Source: a virus
Direction: 5' to 3' (one strand)
IMG/VR virus record: IMGVR_UViG_3300047373_000743
Span: 10,240 to 74,239 of that record
Length of the DNA: 64,000 nucleotides
Shown: piece after piece, positions 28,188 through 36,688 of the stretch
Layout: each line of letters starts with the position of its first letter
Position numbering within the stretch: the stretch's first letter is position 1
The notes under the pieces: model-generated
The model's database searches: none
The model's input: only the letters and a program-made list of their open reading frames with translations
Told to the model about the DNA's origin: nothing
Translations under genes and position numbers: made by a program

Positions 28188-29012
28188 ATGGCAAAAGAAA
28201 CAATAGGTTTTAATAGTGGTGCTGATCGTGCATCAATACAAATGGGTCTTGAAGAACGATTCGCAACAGGTAGTTTGATGTTGAGTGGGGGTGGGGCCGC
28301 AAATGGACTAACCTTTGAGGCGCAACGAGATCAAGGTACTAACTTCTTCAGTTATGGAGGAACTCGTGGGAGTTCTGGTGGAGGAACATACGAAGGAGGT
28401 AGTCTTGATAATACTATAAAAGTAGGAGACACCACGGGAGCGTACGGTAAAGGAGAACCTGTGCGTAACAACATAAAACACGCATCTAATCAAGCAGAGG
28501 TGACGATATACAGAAAAGGTCCCAACGGCCGAGTAGCAGATGCAAAAGCAGACCGAACATCAATAATCCAAAATTTCATGGACGACTCAGCCGCAAAAGG
28601 CACAGCTGGTTTTAGAATTGGAATAGACCGAGGAAACTTTACAACAGGAATGCCGTCTGCAAACAAAGAACCGACTGAGTATAATGCAGATAAAACCGTA
28701 TTTAGACAATCTCAGTCAAGTGGAGGATACACCGTTCCTGGAGTAGATTCCAGTCTCGGTAAAGGCCCTGGATCAAACTTTATGAGTGATTCACCAACAG
28801 AGGGAGTCACCGTTAAAGGATTTACCCGTAGATTCGATGACGGGTTGCGGCTCACATATTCAGATTACGGAGGAGGTAACCCCAACACAGTAACCGGTCC
28901 AACGGCAGATAATAGTGCATTCCGACGTAACATGGATACTGTTTTATACGAAACCTCATTTACTGGTAAGGAAATATCATCCGAAGTAAACAACGGACGT
29001 GGTGTACTTTAA
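28188..29012 (+). CDS. Gly/Ser/Thr-rich hypothetical late protein
   Basis: Own late box and SD; low complexity; internal NFMxD..G..GF duplication. Confidence 0.7.
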   Translation: MAKETIGFNSGADRASIQMGLEERFATGSLMLSGGGAANGLTFEAQRDQGTNFFSYGGTRGSSGGGTYEGGSLDNTIKVGDTTGAYGKGEPVRNNIKHASNQAEVTIYRKGPNGRVADAKADRTSIIQNFMDDSAAKGTAGFRIGIDRGNFTTGMPSANKEPTEYNADKTVFRQSQSSGGYTVPGVDSSLGKGPGSNFMSDSPTEGVTVKGFTRRFDDGLRLTYSDYGGGNPNTVTGPTADNSAFRRNMDTVLYETSFTGKEISSEVNNGRGVL

Positions 29013-29015
29013 TAG

Positions 29016-29044
29016 TTGATTTTTTTATTTAATTGATATACCAT
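29016..29044 (+). promoter_or_regulatory. Sigma70-like promoter
   Basis: TTGATT-17 nt-TACCAT; ATG 29052; heads the RuvC-primase-nuclease operon. Confidence 0.4.
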
Positions 29045-29051
29045 ACTAGGT

Positions 29052-29582
29052 ATGTCAGAAAATCAAATTTCCCTTGGACTTGATATTAGTTCAACCGTTG
29101 TAGGATATTGTGCGTCAATTTCCAAAGAAAAAGTAATTGATGCGGGGTATATCGATATACACAAAGAATCGAGTATTAAGAATAAAGCACACGCACTTGC
29201 AAGATATCTTGACCCCCGTTCAATTGACCCACATATTATAATAGTTGAAGATTCTTTGAGTGGATTCGGAGGGGGTCGAACGAGTCAACAAACGATTGTA
29301 AAACTCGCAAAGTGCAACGCAGTAATAAGTTATGTAATAGAGGCTTTGTATGAAGTAGAAGTCAATCATGTAAATGTATCAACTTTACGCAAAGCAGTAT
29401 TAGGAAAAAGTCGTGAACAAGGAGTTGATAGTAAAACTTTTGTACGTGAACAACTTGAAAAAAAGATTGATTTAAATGAATTTATTGTCTATAATAGTAG
29501 AAAAAATTATGATAAAAGGAACTACGATATGTTGGACGCAACGGTAGCATCGCTATATCATTGGTATACTATTGACAATTGA
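29052..29582 (+). CDS. RuvC-like Holliday junction resolvase
   Basis: LGLDISSTVVG, IIVED and YDMLDA catalytic acidic motifs. Confidence 0.8.
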   Translation: MSENQISLGLDISSTVVGYCASISKEKVIDAGYIDIHKESSIKNKAHALARYLDPRSIDPHIIIVEDSLSGFGGGRTSQQTIVKLAKCNAVISYVIEALYEVEVNHVNVSTLRKAVLGKSREQGVDSKTFVREQLEKKIDLNEFIVYNSRKNYDKRNYDMLDATVASLYHWYTIDN

Positions 29583-30508
29583 TGGGGATTTCCGAGCAAA
29601 AGTTATATGCCTTGTTGCAGAAGGTGTTAGGTGAAGGTAAAATCGTCTCTAAAGACGAAGCAATGTTTGTGTGTCCGTTTTCTCATCACCGTAAACCAAA
29701 GTTAGCAGTTAATCTTACAACACAACGTTGGCAAAGTTGGATTGATACAAATGCCAAAGGTCGTAGCATTTTTTCGTTATTCAAAAGAATGCAGGTTCCA
29801 AGCAATTATTTTGCAGAGTTATCCAAAATTGTCAAACTTCCAAAAAATACCAAACTTGCAGATACTGAAGAGCAATTTGTATCATTGCCCTATGAATTTA
29901 AAAGATTGACTGAAACACATACCGATTTTTCTTATTCTAAAGCAATGAGGTATTTAAAAAATCGTGGGATTGAATCATACGATATTGAAAGATACGATAT
30001 AGGATATTGTGATAAAGGAGATTATGTGGGTCGTATCATCGTTCCTTCATTTGATGCAGACAACAAATTAAATTACTTTCTTGCAAGGGATTTTACAGGT
30101 ACTGCTTATTTGAAATACAAAAATCCACCAGTGAGCAAAGATGTGGTTGTATTCGAAAACCAAATAGATTTCTCTGAACCTTTGATTTTATGCGAAGGTG
30201 TTTTTGACGCGATGGCAATTCGCAGAAATGCAATTGCTTTACTCGGAAAAAATATTCCAAGCAAACTTAAAATGCGTTTAATAGAACATGATGTAAAGGA
30301 AGTTAGTATTGTATTAGATAATGATGCGTATAAAAACGCATTATATATATCAGAAACTTTAATGAACGATAATATAAAAGTAAAATTGGTCAGAATGGGA
30401 AATGAAGACGCAGCCGATTTGGGATTTAACAAAATTATTCATAAAATCAGAGAAACTAATCTTCTTGATTTTAGTGAATTGATGAAACAAAAATTATGCA
30501 TGAATTAA
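29582..30508 (+). CDS. DNA primase (DnaG/Toprim)
   Basis: YLKNRGI, RIIVP, KYKNP, LCEGVFDAM, ALLGK and VLDND. Confidence 0.88.
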   Translation: MGISEQKLYALLQKVLGEGKIVSKDEAMFVCPFSHHRKPKLAVNLTTQRWQSWIDTNAKGRSIFSLFKRMQVPSNYFAELSKIVKLPKNTKLADTEEQFVSLPYEFKRLTETHTDFSYSKAMRYLKNRGIESYDIERYDIGYCDKGDYVGRIIVPSFDADNKLNYFLARDFTGTAYLKYKNPPVSKDVVVFENQIDFSEPLILCEGVFDAMAIRRNAIALLGKNIPSKLKMRLIEHDVKEVSIVLDNDAYKNALYISETLMNDNIKVKLVRMGNEDAADLGFNKIIHKIRETNLLDFSELMKQKLCMN

Positions 30509-31200
30509 AAACTAATTTAAAGAATGTAGAAAAAGTATATCATTTGGCAGATATTCATATAAGAAATGTTAAACGACATACAGAATACTCGTTAGTGTTT
30601 GAAAACTTCTATAAACAGGTAAAAAAAGACAACTATGACAATGCAATAATTTTTATAGGTGGGGATATTGCTCATGCTAAGACAGAAATGAGTCCTGAGT
30701 TAATTCATCAAATATCTTCATTTTTAAGAGAGTGCTCAAAGCTCCATCCGACAATTGTAATTGCTGGTAACCACGATTGTAATCTAAATAATCCTGATCG
30801 TCTTGATGTATTATCTCCTATTATGGATATGATGGATGATGATAATCTTTTTTATCTTAAAAATAGTGGTTTATATAAAATAGGTGACGTTGCATTTGGG
30901 GTGTTTAGTATATTAGATGATCCAGAGAACTACATTTCGGGTCTGGATATAAACGATCCAAGTATTAAAACCAAAATTGCAGTTTATCATGGTGCAGTAA
31001 AACGTAGTATGACAGACATCGGGTATGTTGTCATGGGTGGTGACATTGAACTTCCTATGTTCAACGGGTATGACATTGTTATGTTGGGTGACATTCACAA
31101 ACACCAAGTATTACAGGAATATCAATCAGAACATAAATTTATTCCAGAAGATAAAGTAGATGAATATAAACTAAAGGGGTGGTGTTTAGCAGATGACTAG
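30496..31200 (+). CDS. SbcD/Mre11/gp47-like nuclease, N-terminal fragment
   Basis: Phosphoesterase motifs LADIH, GGDIAH, AGNHD, YHG and LGDIHK. The following YxGS motif is absent and lies in ORF 32118. Confidence 0.85.
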   Translation: MHELKTNLKNVEKVYHLADIHIRNVKRHTEYSLVFENFYKQVKKDNYDNAIIFIGGDIAHAKTEMSPELIHQISSFLRECSKLHPTIVIAGNHDCNLNNPDRLDVLSPIMDMMDDDNLFYLKNSGLYKIGDVAFGVFSILDDPENYISGLDINDPSIKTKIAVYHGAVKRSMTDIGYVVMGGDIELPMFNGYDIVMLGDIHKHQVLQEYQSEHKFIPEDKVDEYKLKGWCLADD

Positions 31201-32131
31201 TATATTAATCAGATGTAGAAACATTCACATCGGTGATGTTATTTTTTGTAGTAGTGTCGCAAAAAAGTTAAAAGAAAAAAATCCCAATTGTATTGTTCAC
31301 TTTGATGTTAATTATCTACAACCTATAGAGTTGTTGACAAACAACCCATACATTGATGAAGTTTACTATAAAGAAAATGCGAATATAGAGTATGATGTTG
31401 TGCATGATGTAATGAATGAAGATGTATCTACACTTAGTCCATATGAGTCAGCGGTATCTCAGTTTCAACGTATGTGTGGAATTGAAAATTTCGACGATAC
31501 CTTTGAAGTTTTTACAAATCCCCAACTTGATTATTCTATACAAAAAAGCATGGACGAGTTGACACAGATAGGAGATTGGGAATCTGACTTAGTTAAAATA
31601 GGTTATCAAGTTGATTGGGATAGAAAAAGTTTTTTATTTACTGAGGATCAGTATAATCGTGCAGAGGGTGGTGAAGACGGAACTGGATATGGAACTGGTA
31701 AAAGAAATATTTTTGATATAATAAAGTCTATGGAACTTTCACCAAAAGTTATGTTGTTTGCACTTGGTATAGAAGATACTATTTCAAAAAACTATCCATG
31801 TTTAAACTCAACAAGTAAATTTTCATTTACTGCAAGTTTAATGAAAAACTGCGATTATGTTGTGGGTGGTGAGGGGTGTCTTACTAATATATCATCTGCT
31901 CTTGGTACAAACACAATAATAACCACCGATTATATCCACCAAATGTTCGGACCAAAAGGAATATTGTGGCAACAAAATGGGGGTAGTGTAAATAATCTAG
32001 AAACAAGAATTCCGTATTTAGGACCTTGTAAATATTTTCCAAATGATAATCATGTTCACCTGAGTCCGTTTTTAACTGATTGCGAAGTAGGAGAACAAAT
32101 TTTAGAAACTGCATTAAATGGACGAAGTTAA
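31193..32131 (+). CDS. GT9-like (heptosyltransferase-fold) glycosyltransferase inserted in the nuclease gene
   Basis: HIGDVIF..KKLKEKNP..LLTNNPYIDEV; ASLMKNCDYVVGGEG..ISSALGTNTI. Confidence 0.72.
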   Translation: MTSILIRCRNIHIGDVIFCSSVAKKLKEKNPNCIVHFDVNYLQPIELLTNNPYIDEVYYKENANIEYDVVHDVMNEDVSTLSPYESAVSQFQRMCGIENFDDTFEVFTNPQLDYSIQKSMDELTQIGDWESDLVKIGYQVDWDRKSFLFTEDQYNRAEGGEDGTGYGTGKRNIFDIIKSMELSPKVMLFALGIEDTISKNYPCLNSTSKFSFTASLMKNCDYVVGGEGCLTNISSALGTNTIITTDYIHQMFGPKGILWQQNGGSVNNLETRIPYLGPCKYFPNDNHVHLSPFLTDCEVGEQILETALNGRS

Positions 32132-34721
32132 AGAAAAATATGTAAAGATAAAAAGGCATAATCAGAATAAACCAATCGTAGTTTATTCCGGAAGTATGAT
32201 TCAACAAAACCACGGTGAAAAACCGTATGGTCATGGCTATGCATTGTGGGATTTACCGACACGTGAACATACCCACCACGAAGTTCATAATGATTATGGA
32301 TATTATACAATCGAAGTGCGTGACGGAGAGTGTGTCAGTGATTTGAGTAAGTTACCAAAAAAAGCAAGACTTCGTGTAAAGGTATACAACACAACTGCAA
32401 CGGAAACAAAGGAAATAATTGCAGACATTCGCAAGCGAACAAGTATAAGTGATTTAAATGTAACAAGGTGTGATGCTATATCAGAAGCTAAAAAGTTTGA
32501 TCGTGATAATAAATTCGACTTTGGTGATATATCACTGGTTCAAGTTCAAAATGAGTTGATCGAAGATTATCTTCGTAGAAATTTTGTCGTAGAGGATGAT
32601 CAAGTTCAAACCGCACTTGATATAAACAAAGAAGTGAATGATAAGTTGGTTGTAAAGGAAGTTCTTAGGAATTGTATTTGGAAACCCAAGAAGTTTGAGT
32701 TTGGTAATATGTTCAGTTACGGAGATGCAAATGTAGTTGATTTTACTAACATGAAAAGTGTTATGGGATTGTTTGCCTCAAATGCAAGTGGTAAAAGTAG
32801 TGTAATGAGTGCATTAAGTTTTTGTTTATTTGACAAATGTGATAGAGCATTCAAAGCAGCCCATGTACTTAACACACAAACAGACTCTTTTTACTGCAAA
32901 TTAAATTTTGAAATTTCTGGAGTAAATTATTACATAGATAGAACTGCAACTACCAAAAAAAATGGTGATGTAACTGTCGTGGTTGACTTTTGGAAGCTAG
33001 ATGAAGACGGCCAACAAGTATCTCTAAACGGTGAACAACGAGCAGGAACAAATGCTTCTATTCGTGACCACGTCGGTTCATATGATGATTTTGTATTAAC
33101 AACACTGAGTTTGCAAAACAATAATGCAATTTTTATAGACAAAAGTCAAAGTGAAAGAAAGGATCTGCTTGCTCAGTTTATGGGCATTGATACATTTGAT
33201 CAACTACATTCAACCGCATCTGAAGACATCAAGGAAATTAATGCTTTGTTGAAACGATTTAATCGTGAAGATTTTGATGAAACATTATCTGAAATCCAAG
33301 AAAAACTTGATGATGTCAAAACTAGATATACTGAACAGGATAGTAAAACTAATGTGGCACTACTTGAGCAGAAACGTTTCAATAAACAATTATCAGATAA
33401 AAACTCTCAATTTAAGAATTGTTCTTTTGACGAATCATCGGTGGACATAGACAAACTTGAGTTTACTAAAAAGAACTTACAAGAGCGACTAGAAGTTGCT
33501 GAAGAAAATAGAAATGGTGAATCGGATAGAAAAAAACAATTAGTAACGAAAAGAAAAACTAAATCAACAGAGTTATCTGCGTTAGATGGTATAGAAGAAA
33601 AGTATGTTGAGGTTTTAAAAATACGTGAAGACATAACTTTGGTTGAAAAAGACTTAGCAGTTCTTCGTACTTCTGTAAATGCTAAATTAGACAAACTCAA
33701 ACACTATGATTGTCATGAGTATGATCCTGAGTGTAAGTTTTGCGTAACTAATTCAAAAAATCTTATAGAAAGTGCTTCGCAAACAAAAGAAGAACTTGAC
33801 AAAGATAAAGCAGCTGCTGATGATCTTGTAACACAAAAAAATGAATTGTTAAAAATACTAGATGAATGTAAAGATGTTGAATCAAAATATGAAAAACTAG
33901 GTGAGTTAAAATCCACAACAACTCAACTTACATATGAAATAAATGAAGCAGACTCTAAGGTGCTTGCATTATCTAGTATGATAGAATCGTTGGAAAAGGA
34001 TATTGTTATCAACGATAAAAATATAGAATCATATTACGAATGCAAGGACATCATAGAGTTTAATAAAAAACTGCAAGTAGATGTAAATGAAATTGAAACC
34101 AAACTAATTACGATAAATAATGTAGCAGATACGGAAACAGAAAAACTTCAAACTTTATTTGGTGAAGTTAAAATTGCTGAAAAAGAACACGAAGACATTT
34201 TGGCATCCATCGAGGAAGCAAAAAGTTACGAACGAAAAAAACGTGGTTACGAATTATATTTAGACGCAGTTAAACGTGACGGTATTTCATATGAACTTAT
34301 TTCCAAAACAATTCCAAGTATTGAAAGTGAAGTTAATAACATTCTTTCTCAAATTGTTGATTTTGGTATGCAACTTGAAATGGACGGAAAACACATCTAT
34401 TCAAAGATTACATATGAAGATCGTCATTGGCCTTTAGAAATGTGTAGTGGAATGGAACGTTTCATTAGCAGTATCGCAATGCGAGTAGCACTTATCAATG
34501 TAAGTAGTTTACCACGTTCCAATTTCCTTGTTATTGACGAAGGATGGGGTTCGTTAGACGGAGACAACATAAGTAGTGTATTTAATCTGTTTACCTATCT
34601 AAAAGGGCAGTTTGAGTTCATAATGGTTATAAGTCATTTGGATGTGATGAGAGATATGGTGGACGAGATTATAGAAATTCAAAAAGAAGGTTCTTTTAGT
34701 AAGATAAAATACGAAGCATAA
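32118..34721 (+). CDS. SbcD C-terminal fragment fused to SbcC/Rad50/gp46 ATPase
   Basis: YSGSMIQQNHGE..HGY..WD (SbcD end); Walker A ASNASGKSS; coiled coil; zinc hook CKFC; signature CSGME; Walker B VIDEGWGSLD; ISH. Confidence 0.9.
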   Translation: MDEVKEKYVKIKRHNQNKPIVVYSGSMIQQNHGEKPYGHGYALWDLPTREHTHHEVHNDYGYYTIEVRDGECVSDLSKLPKKARLRVKVYNTTATETKEIIADIRKRTSISDLNVTRCDAISEAKKFDRDNKFDFGDISLVQVQNELIEDYLRRNFVVEDDQVQTALDINKEVNDKLVVKEVLRNCIWKPKKFEFGNMFSYGDANVVDFTNMKSVMGLFASNASGKSSVMSALSFCLFDKCDRAFKAAHVLNTQTDSFYCKLNFEISGVNYYIDRTATTKKNGDVTVVVDFWKLDEDGQQVSLNGEQRAGTNASIRDHVGSYDDFVLTTLSLQNNNAIFIDKSQSERKDLLAQFMGIDTFDQLHSTASEDIKEINALLKRFNREDFDETLSEIQEKLDDVKTRYTEQDSKTNVALLEQKRFNKQLSDKNSQFKNCSFDESSVDIDKLEFTKKNLQERLEVAEENRNGESDRKKQLVTKRKTKSTELSALDGIEEKYVEVLKIREDITLVEKDLAVLRTSVNAKLDKLKHYDCHEYDPECKFCVTNSKNLIESASQTKEELDKDKAAADDLVTQKNELLKILDECKDVESKYEKLGELKSTTTQLTYEINEADSKVLALSSMIESLEKDIVINDKNIESYYECKDIIEFNKKLQVDVNEIETKLITINNVADTETEKLQTLFGEVKIAEKEHEDILASIEEAKSYERKKRGYELYLDAVKRDGISYELISKTIPSIESEVNNILSQIVDFGMQLEMDGKHIYSKITYEDRHWPLEMCSGMERFISSIAMRVALINVSSLPRSNFLVIDEGWGSLDGDNISSVFNLFTYLKGQFEFIMVISHLDVMRDMVDEIIEIQKEGSFSKIKYEA

Positions 34722-34736
34722 AACATATTTAGATAT

Positions 34737-34744
34737 ATATTTAT
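34737..34744 (+). promoter_or_regulatory. ATATTTAT putative late promoter box
   Basis: Heads the 34.7-41.4 kb cluster. Confidence 0.6.
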
Positions 34745-34764
34745 TATGTACCTGAAGTGTATTT

Positions 34765-35811
34765 ATGGAAAATTCCGAAGAAAACCAAGAAGCCCAAGAA
34801 GAAACCCTTATTAAAGCAGGATTGCGTAAAGGGTATTTCACACTCGTTGAAGGGGTATACGATCCTGGTATTTTGAAGGCAGTATTTTTAGCAGGTGGCC
34901 CTGGTGCAGGTAAATCAGCAGTTGTAGACACTGTTTTTAATACTACACCCGAAGTAAAGTCATTAACATCATCGGGACTAAAAATTGTCAATAGTGATAG
35001 TTCATTTGAATACCTTCTAAAAAAAGCAGGACATAGTTTAGACTTGGGTTCACTTGACGATGAAGTATTTCAGCAAATAACAAGTGATGATCCGAATTCA
35101 ATTCGGTCACGTGCCAAAAACATTATGCTTAAACAATACGAGAATTACAAGGATGGTAGATTGGGTGTAATTATTGATGGAACTGGTGATGATTATTCTA
35201 AGATTTCAAAGCAAAAGAAAGAGTTGGAAAAACTTGGTTATGATTGTTATATGGTATTTGTTAATACAACACTCGAAGTTGCACAACAACGAAATGCTTT
35301 CCGTGCAAGAAAACTTCCACGAAAAATTGTAGATACAATATGGAAAGATGTTCAAAAGAATATGGGAAAATTTCAAAGTTCCTTCAAGCAAAATTTCACG
35401 ATTATAGATAACTCAGAAGATTTAAGAAGTAAAACAAAACCAGGTAAACTTGACCTCGCTCCATTTATATTGAAAGCAACTGCAAGATTCGTTGCAAAAC
35501 CAATTCGCAATCCTATTGGTAAACAATGGATTACTTTGATGATGAAACACGATAAAATGAACAAGAGTGGTGATAAAAGAAATCGTGTTAATGAAGAACT
35601 TGATATGATATCAATGGAAAGTGTGATTCTTCCTATGGATTTAGAACGACATTTAAGTCGTTCAATTCATGTTATCAACAAGTTCAAGTTAAATGAAAAA
35701 AGAAATTTGGCAGTGCTAACTAGGTTAATTGAAAGTCTCAATTTAAATAGAAATCAAATAAACAAGTATTTTCATCAACTCAGAACTTTAAAATTTAGAG
35801 GAGAGAAATAG
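34765..35811 (+). CDS. P-loop kinase (PNK/zeta-toxin/AAA_33-like)
   Basis: FLAGGPGAGKS, VNSD, IIDGTG and FVNTTLEVAQQRNAFR. Confidence 0.78.
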   Translation: MENSEENQEAQEETLIKAGLRKGYFTLVEGVYDPGILKAVFLAGGPGAGKSAVVDTVFNTTPEVKSLTSSGLKIVNSDSSFEYLLKKAGHSLDLGSLDDEVFQQITSDDPNSIRSRAKNIMLKQYENYKDGRLGVIIDGTGDDYSKISKQKKELEKLGYDCYMVFVNTTLEVAQQRNAFRARKLPRKIVDTIWKDVQKNMGKFQSSFKQNFTIIDNSEDLRSKTKPGKLDLAPFILKATARFVAKPIRNPIGKQWITLMMKHDKMNKSGDKRNRVNEELDMISMESVILPMDLERHLSRSIHVINKFKLNEKRNLAVLTRLIESLNLNRNQINKYFHQLRTLKFRGEK

Positions 35812-36161
35812 TGTTTGATAAACTTATAGATGAGCTTATTTCGGAAGATAAGTTGGGAGAAACTTGGAAACTTGAAATGGCTCCGAATCATGCTCGGTAT
35901 AGTTTTTCGTCGTCCAAATCCGGTAATGAAAATTGGGCAAAAAAACTTGCAAATAAATTAACGCAAAAAGAAAAAGAAGATTTCAAATTCATAGGAATTT
36001 ATAGTGAAGGTGATTCAACTGAAGGCCCTATTGTAGACGGCTATATATTTCATTGTACTGAAGAGTATTTGAATAAAGCACCTCATATGCATCGTGATAA
36101 ACGCAAGGCCTGCAAACGACATCTTAAAACAGGTAAAGTAGAAGAATATCTTGAGGACTAA
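35811..36161 (+). CDS. Hypothetical protein
   Basis: GTG start overlapping the previous stop; AGAGGAG SD. Confidence 0.65.
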   Translation: MFDKLIDELISEDKLGETWKLEMAPNHARYSFSSSKSGNENWAKKLANKLTQKEKEDFKFIGIYSEGDSTEGPIVDGYIFHCTEEYLNKAPHMHRDKRKACKRHLKTGKVEEYLED

Positions 36162-36163
36162 TT

Positions 36164-36688
36164 ATGAGCATCAAAGAATACAAACGATACAAAGATGATC
36201 CATTTTGGATGAAGTCAAAATACGATGGAGTTTCTGGTGAACAAAGATTACCTGTTCAACGCAGACTGCGTAAAGGTGAAGTAAAATTTAAGAAGGGTGA
36301 TGAAATACTTTATTATCCAAAAGGAAAAGTAATATTAGTAGGAAAAAAAGCAGAACAAGCATATCGTGACTTTCAAGCAGCTGCTCAAGATGAAGATTTT
36401 TATATGTCCCAATACGAGGAGTCAAAAATGGAAAACACAAATGAAATTAAAATAACAAGTAAAGAGTATAAGAAGGCAATTGACTTTATGTCTGATATGC
36501 ACTCTAGCATTTTGAAAGCAAAGGATAAAGTAATTAGATTTTTACAAAGAAAAGGATTTGATGACATGGCAGACAAATTGTCCGGTATGTCGAGTGGTCA
36601 GTTTAATTCGTTTGTGGCAAGCAAGGTGCATGAGCAAAAACTTAGAAATCAAATTAGAACAATCCTCACAGAGTTACTTAAAAAGTAA
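36164..36688 (+). CDS. Hypothetical two-module protein
   Basis: GAGG SD; C-terminal KLRNQIRTILTELL helix. Confidence 0.7.
   Translation: MSIKEYKRYKDDPFWMKSKYDGVSGEQRLPVQRRLRKGEVKFKKGDEILYYPKGKVILVGKKAEQAYRDFQAAAQDEDFYMSQYEESKMENTNEIKITSKEYKKAIDFMSDMHSSILKAKDKVIRFLQRKGFDDMADKLSGMSSGQFNSFVASKVHEQKLRNQIRTILTELLKK

Noticed and set aside
31180-32170. Split intein at the nuclease break (N-part ends 'CLADD', C-part has 'VKIKRHN')
   Set aside because: CL is followed by only 3 residues, HN is followed by Gln rather than Cys/Ser/Thr, and no intein blocks are present.
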